A stretch of DNA of 64,000 bases from Phyllobates terribilis (taxonomy: Eukaryota). How positions within the stretch are numbered: position 1 is the stretch's first letter; every line of letters starts with the position of its first letter. The stretch spans positions 260,648,001 through 260,712,000 of the forward strand of contig NW_027362767.1 of assembly GCF_046119375.1 (NCBI RefSeq), given 5' to 3'. The notes under the pieces were generated by a model. That model saw only the letters and a program-made list of their open reading frames with translations, had not been told where the DNA came from and did no database searches. The position numbers and the translations under genes are program-made. Positions 45,825 through 61,011 of this stretch are shown one piece after another.

Positions 45825-48800
45825 ACTGCTATACAGCGTCCGTATCATACTGCTATACAGCGTCCGTATCATACTGCTATACAGCGTCCGTATCATACTG
45901 CTATACAGCGTCCGTATCATACTGCTATACAGCGTCCGTATCATACTGCTATACAGCGTCCGTATCATACTGCTATACAGCGTCCGTATCATACTGCTAT
46001 ACGACAGCGTCCGTATGACACTGCTATACGACAGCGTCCGTATGACACTGCTATACGACAGCGTCCGTATGACACTGCTATACGACAGCGTCCGTATGAC
46101 ACTGCTATACGACAGCGTCCGATCATACTGCTAGACAGCGTCCGTATAATATCCCCATACTGTACTCACGTAATAGTGCTATACAGCGTCGGTATAATGC
46201 TGCTATACAGCGTCGGTATAATGCTGCTATACAGCGTCGGTATCATGCTGCTATACAGTGTCCGTATCATGCTGCTATACAGTGTCTGCATAATACCCCC
46301 ATACTGTACTCACGTAATAGTGCTATACAGCGTCCTTATCATGCTGCTATACAGCGTCCGTATCATGCCCCCATACTGTACTTACGTAATAGTGCTATAC
46401 AGCGTCCTTATCATGCCCCCATACTGTACTTACGTAATAATGCTGCTTTACAGCGTCGGTATCATGCTGCTATACAGTGTCCGTATCATGCTGCTATACA
46501 GTGTCTGCATAATACCCCCATACTGTACTCACGTAATAGTGCTATACAGCGTCCGTATCATACTGCTATACAGCGTCCGTATAATACCCCCATGCTGTAC
46601 TCACGTAATAGTGCTATACAGCGTCCGTATAATGCTGCTATACAAAGTCCGTATAATACTCCAATACTGTACTCACTAATAGGGCTATGCAGCTTCCATA
46701 TAATATTGTTATGCAGCGTCCATATAATACCCCCATACTGTACTCACTAATACTGCTATACAGCGCCCGTATAATGCTGCTATACAACGTTCGTATAATA
46801 CCCCCATACTATACTCACTAATACTGCTATGCAGCGTCCATATGATACTGCTATACAGCGCCCGTACAATGCTGCTATACAACGTCCGTATAATACTCCC
46901 ATACTGTACTCACTAATAGGGCTATGCAGCGTCTATATAATATTGCTATGTAGCGTCCATATAATACCCCCATACTGTACTCACTAATACTGCTATGCAG
47001 CGTCCATATAATACTGCTGTACAGCGTCCCTATAATACCCCCATACTGTACTCACTAATAGTGCTATGTAGCGTCGATGTAATACTGCTATGCAGCGTCC
47101 ATATAATGCCCCTATACTATACTCACTAATACTGTTATACAGCGTCCATATAATACTGCTATGCAGCGTCCATATAATGCCCCTATATTATACTCACTAA
47201 TACTGCTATGCAGCGTCCATATAATACCCCCATACTGTACTCACTAATACTGCTATACAGCGCCCGTATAATGCTGCTATACAACGTTCGTATAATACCC
47301 CCATACTATACTCACTAATACTGCTATGCAGCGTCCATATGATACTGCTATACAGCGCCCATACAATGCTGCTATACAATGTCCGTATAATACTCCCATA
47401 CTGTACTCACTAATAGGGCTATGCAGCATCTATATAATATTGCTATGTAGCGTCCATATAATACCCCCATACTGTACTCACTAATACTGCTATGCAGCGT
47501 CCATATAATACTGCTGTACAGCGTCCCTATAATACCCCCATACTGTACTCACTAATAGTGCTATGTAGCGTCGATGTAATACTGCTATGCAGTGTCCATA
47601 TAATGCCCCTATACTATACTCACTAATACCGTTATACAGCGTCCATATAATACTGCTATGCAGCGTCCATATAATGCCCCTATATTATACTCACTAATAC
47701 TGCTATGCAGCGTCCATATAATACTGCTATATAGCGTCCATATAATGCCTCCATATTGTACTCACATAATACTGCTATATAGTGTCCGTATAATACCCCA
47801 ATAATAGTATACAGTGTCCACATAATGCCCCATACTGTACTCATGTAATACTGCTCTACAGCGTCCATATAATACCCCCATACTGTACTCACTAATACTG
47901 CTATACAGCGTCCATATAATACTGCCATACAGTGTCCATATAATACCCCCATACTGTACTCACCTAATAGTGCTATATAGTGTCCTTATAACAACATCTC
48001 CGGCAACATCTGGTTGAGATATGACTCATTGCGAAAGATAAACCCGAGTACAAGACCCAGACTGCTATACAGTGTTCATATAATGCACCCATATTGTACT
48101 CACATAATACTGCTATACAGTGTCTATATAATACCCCCATACTGTACTCACGTAATACTGCTCTACAGTGTCCATATAATACTGCTATACCTCATCCATA
48201 TAATACTGCTATACAGTGTCCATATAATGCCCCATAATGTAATCGCATAATAGTGCTATATAGTGTCCATATAATACCCCCATACTGTACTCACTAATAG
48301 TGCTATATAGTGTCCATATAATGCCCCATATTGTACTCATTAATAGTGCTATATAGTGTCCACATAATGCCGCATACTGTACTCACCTAATAGTGCTATA
48401 CAGTGTCCATATAATGCCCCCATACTGTACTTACTAATAGGGCTATGCAGCGTCCATATAATACTGCTTTACAGTGTCCATATAATACTCCCATACTGTA
48501 CTCACTAATAGTGCTATATAGTGTCCATATAACAACATCTCTGGTAACGTCTGGTTGAGATATGACTCATTGCGAAAGATAAACCCGAGTACAACACCCA
48601 GACTGCTATACAGTGTTCATGTAATACTGCTATACAGTGTCCATATAATGCCCCATACTGTAATTGCATAATAGTGCTATATAGTGTCCATATAATGCCC
48701 CATACTGTACTCGCCTAATAGTGCTATACAGTGTCCATATAATACCCACATACTGTACTCACGTAATACTGTTATACAGTGTTCATATGATATAATACCC

Positions 48801-51260
48801 CCATACTGTACTCACACAATATTGCTGTAGTGTTCATATAATTCCCCCATACTGTACTCACATAATACTGCTATACCTCATCCATATAATACTGCTTTAC
48901 AGTGTCCATATAATGCCCCATACTGTAATCGCATAATAGTGCTATATAGTGTCCATATAATACCCCCATACTGTACTCATTAATAGTGCTATATAGTGTC
49001 AACATAATGCCCCCATACTGTGCTTACTAATAGGGTTATGCAGCATCCATATAATATTGCTATACAATGTCCATATAATACCCCCATAGTGTACTCACTA
49101 ATAGTGCTATATAGTGTCCATATAACAACATCTCCGGTAACGCCTGGATGAGTGAGATATGACTCATTGTGAAATATAAACCTAAGTACAAGACCCAGAC
49201 TGCTATACAGTGTTGATATAATGCACCCATACTGTACTCACATAATACTGCTATACAGTGTCCATATAATCCCCCCATACTGTACTCGCATAATACTGCT
49301 CTACAGCGTCCATATAATACTGATCTGCAGCGTCCATATAATACCCCCATACTGTACTCACTAATACTGCTATACAGCGTCCATATAATACTGTTATACA
49401 GTGTCCATATAATACCCCCATACTGTACTCACCTAGTAGTGCTATATAGTGTCCATATAATGACATCTCCGGTAACGTCTGATTGAGATATGACTCATTG
49501 CGATAGATAAACCCAAGTACAATACCCAGACTGCTATACAGTGTTCATATAATACACCCATACTGTACTCACATAATTCTGCTATTCAGTGTCCATATAA
49601 TACCCCCATACTGTACTCACGTAATACTGCTCTACAGTGTCCATATAATACTGCTCTACAGTGTCCATATAATGCCCCATACTGTAATCACATAATAGTG
49701 CTAGATAGTGTCCATATAATACCCCCATACTGTACTCAATAATAGTGCTATATAGTGTCCATATAATACCCCCATACTGTACTCATTAATAGTGCTATAT
49801 AATGCCCCATATTGTACTCATTAATAGTGCCATATAGTGTCAATATAATGCCCCATACTGTACTCACCTAATAGTGCTATACAGTATCCATATAATACCC
49901 CCATACTGTACTCACATAATTCTGCTATTCAGGGTCCATATAATACCCCCATACTGTACTCACGTAATACTGCTCTACAGTGTCCATATAATACTGCTCT
50001 ACAGTGTCCATATAATGCCCCATACTGTAATCACATAATAGTGCTAGATAGTGTCCATATAATACCCCCATACTGTACTCAATAATAGTGCTATATAGTG
50101 TCCATATAATACCCCCATACTGTACTCAATAATAGTGCTATATAGTGTCCATATAATACCCCCATACTATACTCAATAATAGTGCTATATAGTGTACACA
50201 TAATGCCCCATACTGTACTCATTAATAGTGCTATATAGTGTCCATATAATGCCCCATATTGTACTCATTAATAGTGCTATATAGTGTCAATATAATGCCC
50301 CATACTGTACTCACCTAATAGTGCTATACAGTGTCCATATAATACCCCCATACTGTACTCACTAATAGTGCTATATAGTGTCCATATAACGACATCTCCG
50401 GTAACGTCTGGATGAGTGAGATATGACTTATTGCGAAATATTAACCTAAGTACAAGACCCAGACTGCTATACAGCGTTCATATAATACCCCCATACTGTA
50501 CTCATGTAATACTGCTATACAGTGTCCATATAATACCCCATACTGTACTCGCGTCATACTGCTATATATTGTCCATGTTATGCCCCCATACTGTACTCAC
50601 ATCATATTGCTATAGTGTCCATATAATACCCCCATACTGTACTCACTTTACACTGCCAGCTAGTGTCTTTATAAAGCCCCTATACTGTACTCACTTAATA
50701 CTGGTATACAGTGTCCATATAATACCCCCATACTGTACTCACACAATATTGCTATACAGCGTCCATAGAATACCCTATACTGTACTCACACAATATTGCT
50801 ATACAGCGTCCATAGAATACCCCCATACTGTACTCGCGTCATACAGCTATACAGTGTCCATATAATACCCCGATACTGTATTAACATAATACTGCTATAC
50901 AGTGTCCATATAATTCCCCCATACTATACTCGTGTAATTCTGCTATATAGTGACCATACCGTGCCCCCATACTGTATTCACACAATACTGCTATGCAGTG
51001 TCCATATAATACCCTCATACTGTACTCGTGTAATACTGCTATACAGTGTCTATATAATTGTATACTGTACTCGCGTTATACTGCAATGCAGTGTCTATAT
51101 ACCTCTATACTGTACTCATGTAATACTGCTATACAGTGTCCATGTAATACCTGCATACAGTACTCACGTCATACTGCAATACAGTGTCCATATACTGTAC
51201 ACACAATACTGCAATAGTGTCCGAATAATACCCCCATACTGTGCTTACATAATACTGCTA
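45825..51260. repeat. Complex satellite of 21-27-bp subunits (TGCTATACAGTGTCCATATAATAC / CCCCATACTGTACTCACTAATA); resumes at 52703-52811 and 54441-55140
   Basis: Direct repeats, interrupted by two Tc1 insertions at TA sites. Confidence 0.95.
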
Positions 51261-52700
51261 TATGTGCATCTCACAAAATTAAAAAATCATAAAATAGTTA
51301 ATTTATTTCAGTTCTTCAATCCAAACAGTGAAACTCCTATATTATATAGAGTCATTACACACAGAGTGATCTATTTCAAGTGTTTATTTCTGTTAATGTT
51401 GATGATTATGGCTTACAGCCAATGAAAACACAAAAGTCATTATCTTAGTAAATTAGAATACTTTATAACAACAGCTTGAAAAATGTTTTAAAATCTAAAA
51501 TGTATGTTCAGTAAATGCCCTCAATACTTGGTCGCGGCTCCTTTTGCATCAATTACTGCATCAATGCGGCAATGTGGCATGGAGGCGATCAGCCTGTGGC
51601 ACTGCTGAGGTGTTATGGAAGCCCAGGTGGCTTTGATAGCAGCCTTCAGCTCGTCTGCATTGTTGGGTCTGGTGTCTCTCATCTTCCTCTTGACAATACC
51701 CCATAGATTCTCTATGGGGTTAAGGTCAGGCGAGTTTGCAGCCAATCAAGCACAGTGATACTGTTGTGTGTAAACCAGGTATTGGTACTTTTGGCAGTGT
51801 GGACAGGGGCCAAGTCCTGCTGGAGAATGACATTTCCATCTCCAAAAAGCTTGTCGGCAGAGGGAAGCATGAAGTGCTGTAAAATGTCCTGGTAGACGGC
51901 TGCGCTGACTTTGGTCTTGATAAAACACAGTGGACCTACACCAGCAGATGACATGGCTCCCCAAACCATCACTGATTGTGGAAACTTCACACTAGACCTC
52001 CAGCAGCTTGGATTGTGGCCTCTCCACTCTTCCTCCAGACTCTGGGACCTTGTGGAGAGTGTCAGTGACTGCCTTCTGGACATCTGTCAAGTCAGCAGTC
52101 TTCCCCATTATTGTGGAGCCTACTGAAACAGACTAAGGGACATTTTTAAATGCTTAGGAAGCCTTTGCAGGTGTTTTTTTTTTTGTTAATTATTGTAATT
52201 TACTGAGATAATGACTTTTGTGTTTTCATTGGCTGTAAGTAGTGATGATCAAGCATGCTCGTTGCTCGAGATTTACGAGCATGCTCGGGCGAGCACCTAT
52301 TCAACGTGCTCGGGGGTTAAGTTTTCGTCGCTCCGTGAACATGACTTGCGACTGTTTGACAGATTTAATACATGTGAGGAATGTTGGAAAAACAGGCATT
52401 CCTCACATGTATTAAAGCTGTCAAACAGTCGCAAGTCATGTTCACGGAGCGACAAAAACTTAACCCCCGAGCACGCTGAAGATAATAGGTGCTCGCCCGA
52501 GCATGCTCGTAAATCTTGAGCAACGAGCATGCTCGCTCATCACTAGCTGTAAGCCATAATCATCAACATTAACAAAAATAAACACTTGAAATAGATCACT
52601 CTGTTTGTAATGATTCTATATAATGAGTTTCACTTTTTGTATTGAAGAACTGAAATAAATTAACTTTTTGATGATATTCTAATTTTGTGAGAGACACCTG
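51261..52700 (-). mobile_element. Internally deleted Tc1/mariner element containing a hAT MITE
   Basis: TIR (CAG)GTGCATCTCACAAAATT / AATTTTGTGAGAGACACCTG|TA. Fragments VMVWGAMSS, QQDLAPVH and NSPDLNPIENLW. Confidence 0.9.
52240..52545. mobile_element. hAT-type fold-back MITE nested in Tc1
   Basis: 8-bp TSD GCTGTAAG (52232-52239, 52546-52553). TIR TAGTGATGA. Confidence 0.9.
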
Positions 52701-52813
52701 TATGTAGTGTCCATATCATGCCCCCATACTGTACTCACCTAATACTGCTATGCAGTTTTCATATAATGGCCCCATACTGTGCTCGTGTAATACTGCTATG
52801 TAGTGACCGTATA

Positions 52814-54438
<1,625 letters not shown>

Positions 54439-55325
54439 TAATACCCCCATACTGTGCTCGTGTAATACTGCTATACAGTGTCCATATAATACCCCCATAC
54501 TGTGCCCGTGTAATACTGCTATACATTGTCCATATAATGCCCCCATTCTGTACTCGTGTAATACTGCTATACGTTGTCCATATAATGCCCCCATTCTGTA
54601 CTTGTGTAATACTGCTATGTAGTGTCCATATAATGCCCCTATACTGTACTCGTGTAATACTGCTATGTAGTGTCCATATAATACCCCCATACTGTATTTG
54701 TGTAATACTGCTATGTAGTGTCCATATAATACCCCCATACTGTATTTGTGTAATACTGCTATGTAGTGTCCATATAATACCCCCATACTGTATTTGTGTA
54801 ATACTGCTATGTAGTGTCCATATAATGCCCCCATTCTGTACTTGTGTAATACTGCTATGTAGTGTCCATATAATGCCCCTATACTGTACTCGTGTAATAC
54901 TGCTATGTAGTGTCCATATAATACCCCCATACTGTATTTGTGTAATACTGCTATGTAGTGTCCATATAATACCCCCATACTGTATTTGTGTAATACTGCT
55001 ATGTAGTGTCCATATAATGCCCCCATTCTGTACTCGTGTAATACTGCTATGTAGTGTCCATATAATACCCCCATACTGTATTTGTGTAATACTGCTATGT
55101 AGTGTCCATATAATACCCCCATACTGTACTCATTGCATTCATGTCCATATAGCTTTCCCCCACCTCTCACCAGTGGTCGGGGTCCCCCCATAACCATATA
55201 CAGGTCATTATACCTGCAGTAACTAATCATCTACCTTCCTGTCTCCTCAGTATGTTCTCCAGTGTAATCGCTGCCCACAACCCATGGTGACCCCAGTGCC
55301 CTGGCCCTGAAGCCCCCCTGCCATC

Positions 55326-55733
55326 ATGCTGTTCTCCCTGCGGGAGCTGGTCCAGTGGTTGGGATTTGCCCAATTTGAAATCTTCATCCACATTTCTTCG
55401 CTGCTGATCTTCACCATCCTCTTAGCCATGAAGGTTGACAAACTGTTGGACCTGGGCTGGTGGAACGTCTTCATCCCTTTCTTTGTAGCAGATGGACTGA
55501 GCACCTACTTCACGGCCATCGTCACGGTGCGTCTGTTCCAGGACGGGGAGAAGCGCCAGGCCGTGCTGCGTCTCTTCTGGATCCTCACCATCCTCAGCCT
55601 CAAGTTTGTGTTTGAGATGCTGCTGTGCCAGAAGCTGGTGGAGCAGACCAAGGGGCTGTGGTTCGGGCTTATTATGTCTCCAGTCTTCATCCTGCTGCAG
55701 CTGCTGATGATCAGAGCCTGCAGAGTGAACTAG
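55326..55733 (+). CDS. TMEM203: Transmembrane protein 203 (135 aa)
   Basis: MLFSLRELVQWLGFAQFEIF...WWNVFIPFFVADGLSTYF...RLFQDGEKR...FVFEMLLCQKL...IRACRVN*. Upstream acceptor at 55250 and ATTAAA at ~55778. Confidence 0.96.
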   Translation: MLFSLRELVQWLGFAQFEIFIHISSLLIFTILLAMKVDKLLDLGWWNVFIPFFVADGLSTYFTAIVTVRLFQDGEKRQAVLRLFWILTILSLKFVFEMLLCQKLVEQTKGLWFGLIMSPVFILLQLLMIRACRVN

Positions 55734-55859
55734 GCGGCAGCCACGAAGACCAGCTGTCACCTCACCTGCATGTCTATTTATTAAAGCTTTATGTAGAAGA
55801 TCAGTCATGTCTGTCCGGAATACATAGCCAATATGGCCGCAATTACTGCTCTTACAGGT

Positions 55860-56880
55860 GTATGTACACAGTGACTGCAACAGCAGAATAGTGAATGCTG
55901 CTCTGGAGTATAATACAGGATGTAACTCAGGATTAGTAATGTAATGTATGTACACAGTGACTGCACCAGCAGAATAGTGAATGCAGCTCTGGAGTATAAT
56001 ACAGGATGTAACTCAGGAGCAGTACAGGATCAGTAATGTAATGTATGTACACAGTGACTGCACCAGCAGAATAGTGAATGCTGCTCTGGAGTATAATACA
56101 GGATGTAACTCAGGATCAGTAATGTAATGTATGTACACAGTGACTGCACCAGCAGAATAGTGAATGCAGCTCTGGGGTATAATACAGGATGTAACTCAGG
56201 ATCAGTACAGGATAAGTAATGTATGTACACAGTGACTGCACCAGCAGAATAGTGAGTGCAGCTCTGGAGTATAATACAGGATGTAACTCAGGATCAGTAC
56301 AGGATAAGTAATGTATGTACACAGTGACTCCACCAGCAGAATAGTGAGTGCAGCTCTGGGGTATAATACAGGATGTAACTCAGGATCAGTACAGGATAAG
56401 TAATGTAATATATGTACACAGCGACTGCACCAGCAGAATAGTGAGTGCAGCTCTGAAGTATAATACAGGATGTAACTCAGGATCAGTAATGTAATGTATG
56501 TACACAGTGACTGCACCAGCAGAATAGTGAGTGCAGCTCTGGAGTATAATACAGAATGTAACTCAGGATCAGTACAGGATCAGTAATGTAATGTATGTAC
56601 ACAGTGACTGCACCAGCAGAATAGTGAGTGCAGCTCTGGAGTATAATACAGGATGTAACTCAGGATCAGTACAGGATCAGTAATGTAATGTATGTACACA
56701 GTGACTGCACCAGCAGAATAGTGAGTGCAGCTCTGGAGTATAACACAGGATGTAACTCAGGATCAGTACAGGATAAGTAATATATGTACACAGTGACTGC
56801 ACCAGCAGAATAGTGAGTGCAGCTCTGGAGTATAACACAGGATGTAACTCAGGATCAGTGTAGAAAAGTATTGTATGTAC
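55860..56880. repeat. ~85-97-bp minisatellite (GTATGTACACAGTGACTGCACCAGCAGAATAGTGAGTGCAGCTCTGGAGTATAATACAGGATGTAACTCAGG...)
   Basis: About 11 direct copies. Confidence 0.95.
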
Positions 56881-57436
56881 ACTGTGACTGCACTTTAAAT
56901 GTACTTTATTTCTATATGTAATGCTGAATACACACATCTGTGTATGAACTACAATGCCTAGACTGACCATAGGCATATATAAGGCTGTTAGTTTGTGTCT
57001 GGGTAACAAAAGACTGACTGTCCCTTCCAAACAGGAAACAGGTGTGAACAGGTGCATACTAGGAGTAGCCATCTCTATACATAACTCACAAATAAAGTTG
57101 CCCCCTGTAACGCTATAACATGTAAACATGAAATATATGAAATTAGAATTGCATTGCTGCTCTAGAAAATAGGTAAAAATGAAGATACTTAGTGCATAAT
57201 TTGGCCAATTCATGCATGCCCCGTACCCAACGACAAGGTGATCTCCTTTTTCTGGGGACCTATTCTAATGTGATTTCTCTCCTGGGCTGATAGCCTCCAT
57301 TTATATGGGTAGGTATGATCCTGCTGTAATTAAAACCGCCGCAGGCTGATGGGCTAAATTATGTATTAAGTATGTTCATTTTTTTTCCATTATCTAGAGC
57401 ATTAATGCAATTTAAATTTCATATATTTTATGTTTA

Positions 57437-58365
57437 TAAACTAGCGAAGGCCAAAGACTTGTTTATGAAAATTTCAACTAGATATAGCCAACAAGTGCAT
57501 ATAAAATATAACTTTTATTGATGAAATATTAAAAAAGAATTTTGCAAGATGCCCATATGGTATATACATATATCATAAATAAAAAGATATAAATATCTAG
57601 AACATAGCTAGACAGAGTATCAAGCCCTATCAGGTCCAGCACAAGTGAAGGTACTCAAACGGTGAAGTCCAAAAAAGGAACCTTACATATAAGCAATAAG
57701 CCGAGATACACCTCACCAAATACCCATACCGCAATACATACGGTGATCATACCTATATCTGCATATGCCCATAAACATAACATGCCATTATGGCATTAGG
57801 ATATAATTGAGGGACTAATGCGGGAATGAGGAACTATATACCCTTAATAAGAGGAACTATGTACCCCTGATGAAGGATTGAAACGCGTCGGGATGTTCCG
57901 TGGATTAACCGATCACCTGTAATGTAAAGGGGGAACAGACATAAAAAGACCCCGGGTGAGATGTTTCCATTTTCTATGAGGATTTAATGCCTGGATGGTA
58001 ATAGAAGGCTCCTCATAGCTCTATTTCTGTATATATACCTACCATTCAATAATGGCATGTTATGTTTATGGGCATATGCAGATATAGGTATGATCACCGT
58101 ATGTATTGCGGTATGGGTATTTGGTGAGGTGTATCTCGGCTTATTGCTTATATGTAAGGTTCCTTTTTTGGACTTCACCGTTTGAGTACCTTCACTTGTG
58201 CTGGACCTGATAGGGCTTGATACTCGGTCTAGCTATGTTCTAGATATTTATATCTTTTTATTTATGATATATGTATATACCATATGGGCATCTTGCAAAA
58301 TTCTTTTTTAATATTTCATCAATAAAAGTTATATTTTATATGCACTTGTTGGCTATATCTAGTTG
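57437..58365 (+). mobile_element. Non-autonomous fold-back PLE derivative with 318-bp inverted arms, a hammerhead in the spacer and a 14-bp TSD
   Basis: Arms at 57474-57791 and 58049-58366, with one mismatch seen. TSD ATATTTTATGTTTA at 57423-57436 and 58366-58379. AATAAAA at 58321. Confidence 0.8.
57864..57892 (+). ncRNA. Minimal type I hammerhead ribozyme (dimer-type)
   Basis: CCC CUGAUGA AGGAUU GAA ACGCGU C GGG: canonical core, vestigial stem II, palindromic stem III and GUC triplet. Confidence 0.8.
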
Positions 58366-58448
58366 ATATTTTATGTTTACATGCTATAGCACTACAGAGT
58401 GCTACTTTATTAGTTTGGGTCTGGAGACCTATGGTTGGTCTGCACCTA

Positions 58449-60027
58449 CAGTCATGGCCAAAAGTATTGAGAATGAGACAAATAGTAATTTTTCCAAAGT
58501 TTACTGCTTCATTTTTTGTAATGTTTTGTAATGGCAATTTGCATATACTCCTGAATGTCAAAGAGTGATCAGCTTAACAGCAATTACTGTACTTGCAAAG
58601 TCAATATTTGCCCAGAAAATGAACTTTAACCCCCAAAACACATTCAACATCATTGCAGTCCTGCCTTAAAAGGAGCAGCTAACATCGTTTTAGTGATTGA
58701 TCCATTAACACAGGTGTGGGTGTTGATGAGGACAGGGCTGGCGATCAATCAGTCATGATTAAGTAAGAATGATATCACTGGACACTTTAAAAGGAGGCAG
58801 GTTCTTGGTATCATTGTTTCTCTTCAGTTAACCATGGTTATCTCTAAAGAAACACGTGCAGCCATCAGTGCACTGCACAAAAATGGCCTAACAGGGAAGA
58901 GTATCGCAGCTACAAAGATTGCACCTCAGTCAACAATCTATCGCATCATCAAGAACTTCAAGGAGAGAGCTTCCATTGTTGTCAAAAAGGCTCCAGGGAG
59001 CCCAAGAAAGACCAGCAAGCGCCAGGACCGTATCTTGAAACTGTTTCAGCTGCGGGATCGGACTACCAGCAGTGCCGAGCTTGCTCAGGAATGGCAGCAG
59101 GCTGGTGTGAGTGCTTCTGCACGCACTGTGAGGCGGAGACTCTTTGAGCAAATGCTGGTTTCAAGGAGGGCAGCAAAGAAGCCACTTCTCTCCAGAAAAA
59201 ACATCAGGGACCGACTGATATTCTGCAAAAGGTACAGGGAGTGGACTGCTGAGGACTGGGGCAAAGTCATTTTCTCTGATGAATCCCCTTTTCGATTGTT
59301 TGGGACATCTGGAAAACAGCTTATTCGGAGAAGAAGAGGTGAGCGCTACCACCAGTCTTGTCTCATGCCAACTGTAAAGCATCCTGAAACCATTCATGTG
59401 TGGGGTTGCTTCTCAGCCAAGGGAATCGGCTCACTCACAGTCTTGCCTAAAAACACAGCCATGAATAAAGAATGGTACCAGAATGTCCTCCAAGAGCAAC
59501 TTCTCCCAACAGTCCAAGACCAGTTTGGTGCCCAACAATGCCTTTTCCTGCATGATGGAGCACCTTGACATAAAGCAAAGGTGATAACTTAATGGCTCAT
59601 GGAACAAAACATAGAGATTTTGGGTCCATGGCCTGGAAACTCCCCAGATCTTAATCCCATTGAGAACTTGTGGTCAATCATCAAGAGACGGGTGGACAAA
59701 CAAAAACCAACAAATTCTGGCAAAATGCAAGCATTGATTATGCAAGAATGGACTGCTATCAGTCAGGATTTGGTCCAAAAGTTGATTGAGAGCATGCCAG
59801 GGAGAATTACAGAGGTCTTGAAGAAGAAGGGGCAACACTGCAAATATTGACTTGCTGCATTAACTCATTCTAACTGTCAATATAACCTATTGGTACTCAT
59901 AATATGATTGCAATTATATTTCTGTATGTGATATAAACATCAGACAAACACTAATTAAAACCAGAGGCCAGCAGATCATGTGAAAATATAATTTTGGTGT
60001 CATTCTCAAAACTTTTGGCCATGACTG
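58449..60027 (+). mobile_element. Full-length Tc1/mariner element, transposase 58834-59850 with in-frame stops
   Basis: TA|CAGTCATGGCCAAAAGT ... ACTTTTGGCCATGACTG|TA. Motifs FSDESPF, HDGAP and NSPDLNPIENLW. Confidence 0.95.
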
Positions 60028-60064
60028 TAGTCTACAAGATACAGATATGCAAATTCAGCCTTAA

Positions 60065-60494
60065 AGGGATTATCCACTACTAGGACAACCCCTTATTAAA
60101 CTTAATGTTCGGCCCTGATAAAATAATCAAGCTTCTTCTCCCCTCCCGTGCCGACTCCGTTCCAGCGTTGTCAGCACTCGCGGTCCTGGGGCTGTGATGC
60201 TGGGGAATGACACGTGGTGTCCAATCAGCGCTGATGTCGAACATGAAGAGGAAGTCCGGGATCAGCTGTTGCCCTGGCTTCCTCTTCATGTTCAGTTTGT
60301 CCAAAGGCGAGGACAGTGACGCCAGCACTGATTGGGCGCCGGGCACCACGTGTCCACATCACGGCCCTGGGACTGCGAGTGCTGACACCGCTGGAACAGA
60401 GCCGCCACGAGAGGTGAGTATAGGTTTTGGGTTTTTTTTATCCGGGCCGTACATTTAGTTTAAGAAGGGGTTGTCCTAGTAGTAGATAACCCCT
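60065..60494. mobile_element. Kolobok/T2-type MITE
   Basis: TTAA|AGGGATTATCCACTACTAGGACAACCCC ... GGGGTTGTCCTAGTAGTAGATAACCCCT|TTAA. Confidence 0.85.
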
Positions 60495-60850
60495 TTAACC
60501 AATGTTTTTAGTCTCTCTGATGCAAGTCTTGGGTGATTTGTAAGTTGCAGTAGCTGTGGATATGCAGCAGGGGGTGCTCTGATCACTGATATTACAGCAA
60601 CAGGAAACAATTGTGGGAATTATTAATTTCCCCTGAAAGTATAGTGTTCGGGAGGTGACACCTGAGCATGATAGGTGTGAAATGTACAAAACTTTAATTT
60701 ATTAAAGGGGTTTAACCAGTAACATGACCTGTATCACCTGTTTACAGGATACATGTATGATCTGGGGGTCACAGTGCAGGTGCCTGTACTATTGCTCCAT
60801 TCACACAAGACTTCGGGACACTTGTTCTCAGGATCCACTGGGAACAGTAA

Positions 60851-61011
60851 GACCACGGCCCCACTATCAGTATTTTTTCTCAGGAGTGGGTGATAAATGC
60901 AGAATTGGTGACTTGTTTCTATTCTACCTTTTCTCTGATTGTTCCTCACCTGGTTTTGGCTCCCACTCCTGAGAAAAATACTGATCAGATACTGATAGTG
61001 GGGCCGTGGCC
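60851..61011. mobile_element. Short PIF/Harbinger-type MITE
   Basis: TAA|GACCACGGCCCCACTATCAG ... CTGATAGTGGGGCCGTGGCC|TAA. Confidence 0.85.
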
